A stretch of 64,000 bases of DNA from Alphaproteobacteria bacterium (GTDB taxonomy: Bacteria > Pseudomonadota > Alphaproteobacteria > Rs-D84), in NCBI GenBank assembly GCA_017427405.1, contig JAFRSV010000007.1, positions 5 through 64,004 on the forward strand. Reading direction: 5' to 3'. The position numbers and the translations under genes were made by a program. Shown here piece after piece: positions 34,197 to 42,423 of this stretch. The first letter of the stretch is position 1. Each line of letters begins with the position of its first letter. The notes beneath the pieces were generated by a model that was not told the origin of the DNA, ran no database searches, and saw only the letters and a list, made by a program, of their open reading frames with translations.

Positions 34197-36806
34197 ATGG
34201 CTATGAACATTATTCAAAAAATATTGGGGTCTGCAAATGACCGATTGGTAAAATCTTATGACAAAACGGTGTCGTTGATTAACGATTTGGAACCGAAATA
34301 TCATGAAATGACTGATGATGAATTGCGGGCGCAAACGGATGTGTTGCGCGGTCGAATTGCGTCGGGCGAAAAGGAAAAAAATGTCTTGCCGGATGCGTTT
34401 GCATTGGTACGTGAAGCGGCCAAACGTTCAATCGGTTTGCGTCATTTTGATGTGCAATTGATTGGCGGTATGGTTTTGAATAATGGTCAAATTGCCGAAA
34501 TGAAAACCGGCGAAGGTAAAACACTTGTTGCAACATTGGCGTTGTATCTTAAGGCATTGCATGGGCGCGGGGCGCACCTTATTACCGTGAATGATTACCT
34601 GGCATCGCGCGATGCAAAATGGATGGGGCGCGTGTACGAATTTTTAGGTTTGACCGTTGGAATTATTCAGCATGATATGACCGATGAAGAACGACGTGCG
34701 GCATATGCGTGTGATATTACGTATGTGACCAATTCGGAACTGGGGTTCGATTATTTGCGTGACAATATGAAATTTTCAAAAAAGCAACAGGTTTTACGCC
34801 CATTGTTCTTTGGAATCGTTGACGAAGTCGATAGTATTTTAATTGACGAAGCGCGAACCCCACTTATCATTTCCGGGCCGTCCGAAGATATTAGTGAACT
34901 TTACAATCGGGTTGATGCGGTTGTGGCAAAACTTGCCCCCGACGATTATAAAAAAGATGAAAAGGACCGGCATGTCACACTTACCGAAACTGGTGTGGAT
35001 TCCGTGACAAAATTGCTAATGGATGCGGGGCTTCTTGTTGGTGATAATTTATATGCGCCGGAAAATGCCGCGGTGGTTATGCATGTGCAACAATCATTAT
35101 TGGCGCACCATTTGTTCCAAAAAAATGTGAACTATGTTGTCAGAAATGGCGAGGTTTTGATTGTTGATGAATTTACCGGACGCGTTATGACCGGGCGGCG
35201 GTTCGGACGTGGCCTGCACCAGGCAATAGAGGCCAAAGAACATGTGACGGTGCAACCGGAAAATCAGACAGTGTCCAGTATTTCGTATCAAAATTTATTC
35301 CGGCTTTATGAAACACTTGCGGGAATGACCGGAACCGCAATGACCGAAGCCGCCGAATTTGAAGAAATTTATAAGTTGCGCGTTGTGTCGATCCCGACCA
35401 ATCGTCCGGTTGCGCGTGTGGATCATCATGACGAAATTTATAGAAACAAAGACGAAAAATATGACGCAATTATCAATCAGATAGATGAATGTATTAAACG
35501 AAAACAACCGGTTTTGGTTGGCACCGTTTCAATCGAAAAATCCGAAGAGTTGGCGGAAATTGTTCGCAAACGGTTGAGCATAAATCCGGCGGTATTAAAT
35601 GCAAAGCATCATGAATCAGAGGCGAAAATTGTGGCCCAGGCGGGTGCGCCGGGTGCGGTCACAATTGCGACAAATATGGCGGGACGCGGAACGGATATTA
35701 AACTTGGCGGAAATGCCGAAGATTTAATTGCGGATTTGGATAAAGATGCCCCAGATTACGAGGATAAAAAGAAAGAAATTTATGATACAATCGAAAAAAA
35801 CAAGAAAATCGTTCTTGATGCGGGTGGGCTTTATGTGATTGGGACCGAACGTCACGAATCGCGCCGTATTGATAACCAATTGCGTGGGCGCAGTGGGCGT
35901 CAGGGTGACCCCGGGGATTCAAAATTCTTTTTAGCGTTGGATGATGATTTGATGCGAATCTTTGGCGCAAGTCGGTTGAGTGGTATGCTTACCACACTTG
36001 GACTTAAGCCGGGCGAAGCGATTACGCACCCATGGATAACCAAGGCATTGGAAAAGGCGCAGAAACGGGTCGAAGCCCGGTATTTCGAAGCACGCAAAGA
36101 ATTGCTTAAATACGACGATGTTATGAATGAACAACGCGGTGTGGTGTATAAGCAGCGCGACGATTTGATGACATCGGATGATTTGTCGGGCTTGGCACAT
36201 GAAATGATTGGCGATGTTGTGGAAATAATTTGTGAAAACAATATACCGGAAAAAACTTTGCCGGCGGATTGGAATATAAAGGGGCTGCATGATGCAATGG
36301 TGCGTGTGTTTGCGTTGGATATTACCGATATTGAAAGTTGGAAAACAGATGAAAATATAAATGAACGCAAGGCGTATGATACTTTGTTGCAACTTGCGAT
36401 GCAACGGTATAATCAACAGGCCGAAAAATATGGCCCTGATATGATGCAGGCGGCGACGCGGCAAATGATGCTTGGGGCGTTGGATTCGGTTTGGAAACAA
36501 CACTTGCAACAAATGGATTATTTGCAAACCGGAATTGGGCTGCGTGGGTATGCCCAGAAAAATCCGCTTTATGAATACAAACGCGAAGCGTTGGGGTTGT
36601 TCAAAAACACAATAAACAATTTCAAAATTATGTCGGTTGCGTATATTTCGCGTATGGAACTTACGCGGGCGGACGTTGATGCCACGGAAAAACAGCGTGC
36701 CGAACACGATCAATCGTTAAATTCGGGTGCGGATGCGCGGCGAAATGCGCCTTGCCCGTGTGGTTCGGGATTAAAGTATAAGCATTGTTGTGGTAAATTG
36801 AAATAG
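34197..36806 (+). CDS. secA: Preprotein translocase ATPase SecA
   Basis: 869 aa. MKTGEGKT, DEVDSILIDEARTPLIISG, TNMAGRGTDIKLGG. C-terminal zinc-binding tail CPCGSGLKYKHCCG. Confidence 0.97.
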   Translation: MAMNIIQKILGSANDRLVKSYDKTVSLINDLEPKYHEMTDDELRAQTDVLRGRIASGEKEKNVLPDAFALVREAAKRSIGLRHFDVQLIGGMVLNNGQIAEMKTGEGKTLVATLALYLKALHGRGAHLITVNDYLASRDAKWMGRVYEFLGLTVGIIQHDMTDEERRAAYACDITYVTNSELGFDYLRDNMKFSKKQQVLRPLFFGIVDEVDSILIDEARTPLIISGPSEDISELYNRVDAVVAKLAPDDYKKDEKDRHVTLTETGVDSVTKLLMDAGLLVGDNLYAPENAAVVMHVQQSLLAHHLFQKNVNYVVRNGEVLIVDEFTGRVMTGRRFGRGLHQAIEAKEHVTVQPENQTVSSISYQNLFRLYETLAGMTGTAMTEAAEFEEIYKLRVVSIPTNRPVARVDHHDEIYRNKDEKYDAIINQIDECIKRKQPVLVGTVSIEKSEELAEIVRKRLSINPAVLNAKHHESEAKIVAQAGAPGAVTIATNMAGRGTDIKLGGNAEDLIADLDKDAPDYEDKKKEIYDTIEKNKKIVLDAGGLYVIGTERHESRRIDNQLRGRSGRQGDPGDSKFFLALDDDLMRIFGASRLSGMLTTLGLKPGEAITHPWITKALEKAQKRVEARYFEARKELLKYDDVMNEQRGVVYKQRDDLMTSDDLSGLAHEMIGDVVEIICENNIPEKTLPADWNIKGLHDAMVRVFALDITDIESWKTDENINERKAYDTLLQLAMQRYNQQAEKYGPDMMQAATRQMMLGALDSVWKQHLQQMDYLQTGIGLRGYAQKNPLYEYKREALGLFKNTINNFKIMSVAYISRMELTRADVDATEKQRAEHDQSLNSGADARRNAPCPCGSGLKYKHCCGKLK

Positions 36807-36810
36807 CAAG

Positions 36811-36833
36811 TCCCCGAATTTTCGGGGATTTTT
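36811..36833 (+). terminator. Rho-independent terminator of secA
   Basis: TCCCCGAA/TTCGGGGA hairpin followed by TTTTT, 5 nt after the TAG stop. Confidence 0.8.
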
Positions 36834-36853
36834 GTTGGATAAAATTTTGTTAA

Positions 36854-36884
36854 ATTATGTTATGGACGGGAACATAATTTTTTT
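36854..36884 (+). terminator. Second hairpin plus T7 tract directly in front of the dnaE start
   Basis: ATTATGTT-N9-AACATAAT stem followed by TTTTTTT, ending 4 nt before ATG 36888. Function (terminator or leader structure) unknown. Confidence 0.3.
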
Positions 36885-36887
36885 GCT

Positions 36888-39800
36888 ATGGTTTTTGTCA
36901 TGCAAGGGAACTTTATTCATCTTAGGACACATACGCGGCTTTCCATTGGGGCAAGTACCCTGCGGGTCAAGGATATTCCAAAGTTGTGTGCGGAAAACGG
37001 TATGTTTGCGTGTGCGATTACCGATACAAATATGATGTCGGGCTGTGCGGAGTTTTCTGATGTTATGCCATCCGCAAAAATTCAACCGATAATCGGCGTG
37101 GAAATATCACTTAATCATCATACGGCGGATCCGAAAATTTTGCGTGAATCATCGTTGTCCAAGATAGTGTTGCTTGCCCAAAATCACGCGGGGTATTTGA
37201 ACCTTTGTGAACTTAGCCGTATAATGTATATGCGGGACGAAAATCATCATTTGGGGCCATATATAACATTTGAAGAGGTTGCGGCACATTCGGATGGTAT
37301 TATATGTTTGTCAGGGGCGCATTTGGGGCCGATTGGTATGGCGATTTTGAACGGTCAAGATACACTGGCGCGGGAATACGCAGGGCGTTTTCTTAAAGTT
37401 TTTGGCGATAGGTTTTATATGGAAATTCAACGGCATGGTTTGGAAAATGAAATAAGAACAGAGCCGATGTTTTTAGAAATCGCCAAGGAATTAAATATAC
37501 CAATTGTTGCAACGAATGATGTTTGTTTTGCGCATGCCGCGGATTACGAGGCGGCAGATGCACTAAGTTGTGTTTTGGGGCAAACAAAAGTTATCGATCC
37601 TGAACGGCCACGAAAGTCGTCGGAACAGTATTTTAAGACCGCAACGGAAATGATAGAATTGTTTAACGATTTGCCAGAATCGATTGAAAATACTGTGCAA
37701 ATTGCAAAACGATGTGCGTTTTTTGTAAATGTGCATGAAAAGCCACTTTTGCCACGTTTTGGTGATGATTTTGAATCAGAGTGCCAAATGTTGCGTGATA
37801 TGACCATGAATGGTTTGGCAGAGCGGTTAAAACAACAGGGTATAACCGATACGGCCCCATATTTTGACCAAGCGAAGTACGAATTAGATGTTATTATTGG
37901 TATGGGTTTTCCGGGGTACTTCCTTATTGTGGCCGATTATATCGATTGGTGTCGCAAGCATGATATTCTAACCGGACCGGGGCGTGGTTCGGGTGCCGGG
38001 TCAATCGTGGCGTGGGCCATGGGTATTACGCACGTGAATCCGTTGAAATATGGGTTGTTGTTCGAAAGGTTTTTGAACCCGGATCGTATATCTATGCCGG
38101 ATTTTGATGTGGATTTTGAACCAACGGGTATCGAACAGGTATTGGCGTATATATGTGATAAGTATGGTCATGATTCGGTGTGTCGGATTATCACGTTTGG
38201 CAGTTTGCAGGCGCGCGGTGCAATTCGTGATATTGGGCGTGTTTATGGTATGCCATATTCAAAGTCGGATCGACTTTCAAAAATGATACCTATGGATGCA
38301 AAAACATTAAAGGAAGCCGTTGATACGTCGCAAGAAATTCAAAATGTATTAAGCACAGATTCGGACATGAATAAGGTTGTTTCTGTGGCTGAAGAATTGG
38401 AAGGTTCGTTCCGAAATTTGGGCCAGCATGCGTGTGGGGTGGTTATCGGTGACCGGCCGACAACAAAAATTGCCCCGGTGTATCGCGACCCGGCAAACCC
38501 GTTGCCGTCGTGTCAGTTTGATGGGCATTATTTGGAATCGGCGGGACTTATCAAGTTTGACTTTTTGGGTTTGGAAACCCTGGTTGTGTTAAAATACGCA
38601 ACAAAACTTATTCAAAAAACACGTCGTATTAATGTGATACTTGATGAAATTCCCACAGATGATAAAAAGACTTTGGAACTTTGGCAATCGGGTATGACCG
38701 AAGGTATATTCCAATTCGATGCCCCGTTTGTGCAACAAACATTGCGTAAAATGCATCCGACAAGTTTTTTGGAAATATCGGCGTTAAATGCGTTAAACCG
38801 TCCGGGGCCAATCGCCTTTATTCCGCAATTTATTGCACGTATGCATGGTGAAGAAGAAATTGAATATGTTCACCCAAAGGCAGAACCGATATTAAAAGAA
38901 ACATATGGAATTATTGTGTATCAAGAACAAGTTATGCAATTGACAAGGGCGCTTGCGGGTTTTACGCGCGGGGAATCCGATACTGTGCGCAAGGCGATGG
39001 GTAAAAAGAAATTGGAATTACTTGCCAAATTAGAGGTTAAATTTCAAGAGGGATGTAAAAAAGAAGGAACTTTGGACGAGGCAACGGCCAAAGATTTGTG
39101 GGAAAAGTTCAAGGAATTTGCAAAATATGCGTTTAATAAATCGCATGCTATCGCCTATTCTATTGTGGCAAACCAATGCGCGTATCTGAAAGCGCACTAT
39201 ACGCCGGAATTTTTGGCGGCGTCCATGTCCAGTAATATGAATGACACGGACCAATTGTCGTTGTTTGTTGATGATGCAAAGACAAATTTTGGAATTGAAA
39301 TTGTTCCGCCGGATATAAATAAAAGTGAATCACTGTTCACCGTTGTTGATGGTAAAATTATTTATGCACTTGCCGCGATCAAGGGGGTTGGTGTTGCGGC
39401 GACCGATGCGATAATTGCGGAACGTGCCAAGGGGCCATTTAAAAACATAACTGATTTTGCAAAACGCACAGCATCGATAATGAACAAACGAATTTTAGAA
39501 GCGTTTGCCAAGGTTGGTGTTTTGGATTCCATAAATCCAAATCGGGCAGAGATATTTATGAACGCGGATGCGATTTTGTCCTATGCATCAAAGTCCAAGG
39601 AAAATGCGAATTCGTTGTCGCTGTTTGCAAATACGGTTGAAGACGATGTTGACGAAGATCGACTTGCCAAGAATTTGGTTAAAACAGCACCGTGGTCGTT
39701 CGGGCAAAAATTGGAAAATGAATTGTCGGCGTTGGGGTTCTATATTTCGGCGCATCCGTTGGATCAATACAAACATTTAATAGAACGTGAACATTTGGCG

Positions 39801-40307
39801 ACAAGTACAAAACTGGCCGAATTACCCGACCGCGCGAATGTGAAAATTGCCGCAAACGTGGCGTCTTATTCCCATCGCAAAACCAAGGCGGGCAAAGATA
39901 TGTTGACGATAAACGCATCGGACGGTGGTGGAAATATCGATGCTATTGCGTTTGGTGATGCGGCAAATGAATTGATGCCGATTGTTGCGGCAGAAAGTGC
40001 GGTTGTGCTTTGTGGGCGGTTATCAAACAAAGACGACCGGGTTTCGGTTTTTGTGGATTCAATTATACCACTTGCCGGGTGGGTGGCGCAAATTGCAAAG
40101 AAAATCACACTTGATATTCGTAATAAAAATGTGTTGGTTGATATTAAAAAGGCACTTGCGACACTGCGGCCCGGGCGGACCAAGGTTGTGTTGAACCTTT
40201 ATTCGGGTGATAAAAAAACAACACTTGCAATCAATGGCGGCGTGGAACTTGGAAAAAATACCGTTTCAGATTTCACGGGTTTGGGAATAAAGGTGGATAT
40301 AGAATGA
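36888..40307 (+). CDS. dnaE: DNA polymerase III alpha subunit
   Basis: 1139 aa. PHP N-terminus FIHLRTHTRLS, palm GPGRGSGAGSIVAW, FDFLGLETL, NKSHAIAY, C-terminal OB-fold region. No clear SD sequence, so the start could be ATG 36900. Confidence 0.93.
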   Translation: MVFVMQGNFIHLRTHTRLSIGASTLRVKDIPKLCAENGMFACAITDTNMMSGCAEFSDVMPSAKIQPIIGVEISLNHHTADPKILRESSLSKIVLLAQNHAGYLNLCELSRIMYMRDENHHLGPYITFEEVAAHSDGIICLSGAHLGPIGMAILNGQDTLAREYAGRFLKVFGDRFYMEIQRHGLENEIRTEPMFLEIAKELNIPIVATNDVCFAHAADYEAADALSCVLGQTKVIDPERPRKSSEQYFKTATEMIELFNDLPESIENTVQIAKRCAFFVNVHEKPLLPRFGDDFESECQMLRDMTMNGLAERLKQQGITDTAPYFDQAKYELDVIIGMGFPGYFLIVADYIDWCRKHDILTGPGRGSGAGSIVAWAMGITHVNPLKYGLLFERFLNPDRISMPDFDVDFEPTGIEQVLAYICDKYGHDSVCRIITFGSLQARGAIRDIGRVYGMPYSKSDRLSKMIPMDAKTLKEAVDTSQEIQNVLSTDSDMNKVVSVAEELEGSFRNLGQHACGVVIGDRPTTKIAPVYRDPANPLPSCQFDGHYLESAGLIKFDFLGLETLVVLKYATKLIQKTRRINVILDEIPTDDKKTLELWQSGMTEGIFQFDAPFVQQTLRKMHPTSFLEISALNALNRPGPIAFIPQFIARMHGEEEIEYVHPKAEPILKETYGIIVYQEQVMQLTRALAGFTRGESDTVRKAMGKKKLELLAKLEVKFQEGCKKEGTLDEATAKDLWEKFKEFAKYAFNKSHAIAYSIVANQCAYLKAHYTPEFLAASMSSNMNDTDQLSLFVDDAKTNFGIEIVPPDINKSESLFTVVDGKIIYALAAIKGVGVAATDAIIAERAKGPFKNITDFAKRTASIMNKRILEAFAKVGVLDSINPNRAEIFMNADAILSYASKSKENANSLSLFANTVEDDVDEDRLAKNLVKTAPWSFGQKLENELSALGFYISAHPLDQYKHLIEREHLATSTKLAELPDRANVKIAANVASYSHRKTKAGKDMLTINASDGGGNIDAIAFGDAANELMPIVAAESAVVLCGRLSNKDDRVSVFVDSIIPLAGWVAQIAKKITLDIRNKNVLVDIKKALATLRPGRTKVVLNLYSGDKKTTLAINGGVELGKNTVSDFTGLGIKVDIE

Positions 40308-41152
40308 CAAAACATGTTCCGGTTTTGTTGGATTCGGTGATGAATTCAATTGGCGATTTGCGTGGTGCGCGCGTGTTGGATGCGACATTTGGTGCGGGCG
40401 GATATAGTCGGGCGTTTTTAAATGTGGGTGCAACGGTTGTTGCGTTTGATTGTGACCCGACGGTTATGGAAACGGTAAAAGAATTTTCTGATGAATTTGG
40501 TGCGCGTTTTCGTTTTATTCCGAAAAGGTTTTCGTCTATGGCGGAATTAGATGAAAAATTTGATGCGATTGTGTTTGACCTTGGGATATCTTCGATGCAG
40601 ATTGATGATGCATCGCGTGGGTTTTCGTTTCGGGCGGATGCGCCTATTGATATGCGGATGTCGATTGATGGACCGACAATTGCGGATATGTTCGATGTTT
40701 GGACGGTGGACGATTTAACAAAAATTCTGCGCGATTTTGGCGATGTGCGACCGGCGCGTGCAATTGCGTGTGCGATAAAAGATAAACGGCCCAAAACAAC
40801 ATTTGAATTAAAAGATTTAATTCATAGCCCGCGCGATATTGCCCCGGTTTTTCAGGCGTTGCGTATTGCCCTTAATGATGAAATGGGTGAAATTACACGT
40901 GCATTGGATGTGGTGCCTGGGTTATTAAATGTTGGTGGGCGGTGTATATGTGTGACCTTTCATTCAATCGAAGATAGAATTGTAAAAAATACATTTCGCG
41001 ATTGGACATCCGTGGCGGGTGATGCGCGCATGCCAACACTTAGCAAACCGCAATTTGAATTGATGCGGCCGCAGGCACCGACGGATGACGAAATTAAAAA
41101 CAACCCCCGTGCGCGCAGCGCACATATGCGTGGGGTTATAAAATTGTGTTGA
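40304..41152 (+). CDS. rsmH: 16S rRNA (cytosine1402-N4)-methyltransferase
   Basis: 282 aa. HVPVLL, DATFGAGGYS, DLGISSMQIDDASRGFSF, FHSIEDRIVK. ATGA overlap with the dnaE stop. Confidence 0.93.
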   Translation: MTKHVPVLLDSVMNSIGDLRGARVLDATFGAGGYSRAFLNVGATVVAFDCDPTVMETVKEFSDEFGARFRFIPKRFSSMAELDEKFDAIVFDLGISSMQIDDASRGFSFRADAPIDMRMSIDGPTIADMFDVWTVDDLTKILRDFGDVRPARAIACAIKDKRPKTTFELKDLIHSPRDIAPVFQALRIALNDEMGEITRALDVVPGLLNVGGRCICVTFHSIEDRIVKNTFRDWTSVAGDARMPTLSKPQFELMRPQAPTDDEIKNNPRARSAHMRGVIKLC

Positions 41153-41211
41153 CCGGGGCGGCATGATTTTTGTAGCATGCAAGAAAGGATTAAAAAAACA
41201 AGGAAAGGAAA

Positions 41212-41760
41212 ATGAAAAACTATTTGAAATTAGTGTTATTTTCGTGCTTTTGTGCGATGTGTGTTATGTCGGTGGCATATGCGGTTTGTCCCGTTTGTAC
41301 CATTGCGATTGGTGCCGGGTTGGAAGGTATGCGTATGCTTGGGGTCAAGGATGTTATTACCGGAATTTGGGCGGGTGGGTTAACCATTTCCCTTATTGGA
41401 TGGACGGCAAATTATATGCGACGCCGTAATGTTAAGGGATGGTTTTGGTATTTGTTAAATGTCGTGGTTTATGTTGCATTGTTGGCCGGGGTTTATTTTG
41501 TGCCGCGCGCAAATCCGATTGTAAAGTGGTGGGAAAATTGTATGTGGGGAATTGACCAATTTTTGCTTGGGTCGTTGGTTGGTGCAATTACATTTATATT
41601 GATGGAAATTTGGTATATGCGCATAAAGCGTAATAATGGTGGGCATGCCCTATTCCCATTTCAAAAGGTTGTTATGCCGTTTGGTGGGTTGGTTATAATG
41701 ACGGTTATATTCTGGCTTATTATAAAGGTGTTGCCGGGTATGGGCATAGTGCTTTGTTAA
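41212..41760 (+). CDS. Integral membrane protein, function unknown (182 aa)
   Basis: RBS AAGGAAAGGAAA. Four to five predicted TM helices. CPVC motif in the first hydrophobic segment. Confidence 0.6.
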   Translation: MKNYLKLVLFSCFCAMCVMSVAYAVCPVCTIAIGAGLEGMRMLGVKDVITGIWAGGLTISLIGWTANYMRRRNVKGWFWYLLNVVVYVALLAGVYFVPRANPIVKWWENCMWGIDQFLLGSLVGAITFILMEIWYMRIKRNNGGHALFPFQKVVMPFGGLVIMTVIFWLIIKVLPGMGIVLC

Positions 41761-41785
41761 AGATTTAATATAAAAGGAAAGAAAA

Positions 41786-42367
41786 ATGAAAGAAAAGAAA
41801 ATGTCTTTGGAAGAAATGGTGCGGAAAATTGACGATTCGAAAAAGGTGAATCCGCTTGATTTATCGTCGGACCAGGATTTGTCCATCGCGCTGATGAATT
41901 TGGTGTCATTGGAAGAACATTTCTTTTTTAGTGGTGCCAAGACCAAGAAGCCCGGGTTCTATGATTTAATAAATGTTGTGCGGAATATGCGCAAGGAACT
42001 TATGGAACGAATCGTTGATAAAAACAAACACGACGGGGCGGAGGTTTGGTGTATATCGAAGCACCTGCTTGCGGCATCGATGCGTATTTACGAGGTTGGA
42101 ACAAAAGCACTGGGGGCCGGAAACAAGGCGGACGCGTATAAAATGTTTGAAAAAGCGTATGAGTTATATTCGCTCTTTTGGGGATTGAATATGGATATGA
42201 TTGATTTGGCCGGGGTAAAACAGATGGAACCGGTTTTGTATGATTCAGTGATAAAGGCGGATAAAAAAAGTGATAAGGCGGTAAAGGAAGAAATGGTGAA
42301 ATCCAAGTCAACAGTCCAGAAACTGGGCGATTGGGTAAAAAAGACGGTCAATTGTTGTATTGAATAA
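41786..42367 (+). CDS. Hypothetical soluble protein (193 aa)
   Basis: RBS AAAGGAAAGAAAA. Helical and Lys/Glu-rich, with no signal peptide. Ends in ...NCCIE. Confidence 0.55.
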   Translation: MKEKKMSLEEMVRKIDDSKKVNPLDLSSDQDLSIALMNLVSLEEHFFFSGAKTKKPGFYDLINVVRNMRKELMERIVDKNKHDGAEVWCISKHLLAASMRIYEVGTKALGAGNKADAYKMFEKAYELYSLFWGLNMDMIDLAGVKQMEPVLYDSVIKADKKSDKAVKEEMVKSKSTVQKLGDWVKKTVNCCIE

Positions 42368-42373
42368 TTTGGC

Positions 42374-42403
42374 TTGATTAAAATTCGTGATTTTTTCTAT
42401 AAT
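42374..42403 (+). promoter_or_regulatory. Near-consensus sigma70-type promoter of the five-gene fibre operon
   Basis: TTGATT (42374-42379), 18-nt spacer, TATAAT (42398-42403), 20 nt upstream of the TTG start at 42424. Confidence 0.6.
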
Positions 42404-42407
42404 CACG
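42386..42407. promoter_or_regulatory. Palindrome CGTGATT-N8-AATCACG overlapping the -10 box (candidate operator)
   Basis: Perfect 7-bp inverted repeat at 42386-42392 / 42401-42407. The CGTGATT half-site recurs in the giant-ORF promoter region and in the 63.5-kb leader. Confidence 0.45.
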
Positions 42408-42423
42408 TAAAGGGGAGTAAATT

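Noticed and set aside
35931-36713. 260-aa antisense ORF within secA. Similar cases are 40273-40794 in rsmH, 8651-9283 in the hydrolase gene and 11764-12330 in tolA.
   Set aside because: The sense-strand genes have unmistakable conserved motifs. The antisense products are low-complexity and lack RBSs.
36888-36960. Degenerate PHP-domain metal-binding motif in DnaE (HLRTHT instead of HLHVHS)
   Set aside because: E. coli DnaE also reads HLRVHS at this position as far as I recall, so this is normal for proteobacterial DnaE.
42353-42367. C-terminal NCCIE of the 193-aa protein as a eukaryotic CaaX prenylation box (effector-like)
   Set aside because: The a1 position is Cys and X is Glu, which is not a good farnesyl- or geranylgeranyl-transferase signal. 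Nothing else suggests an effector.
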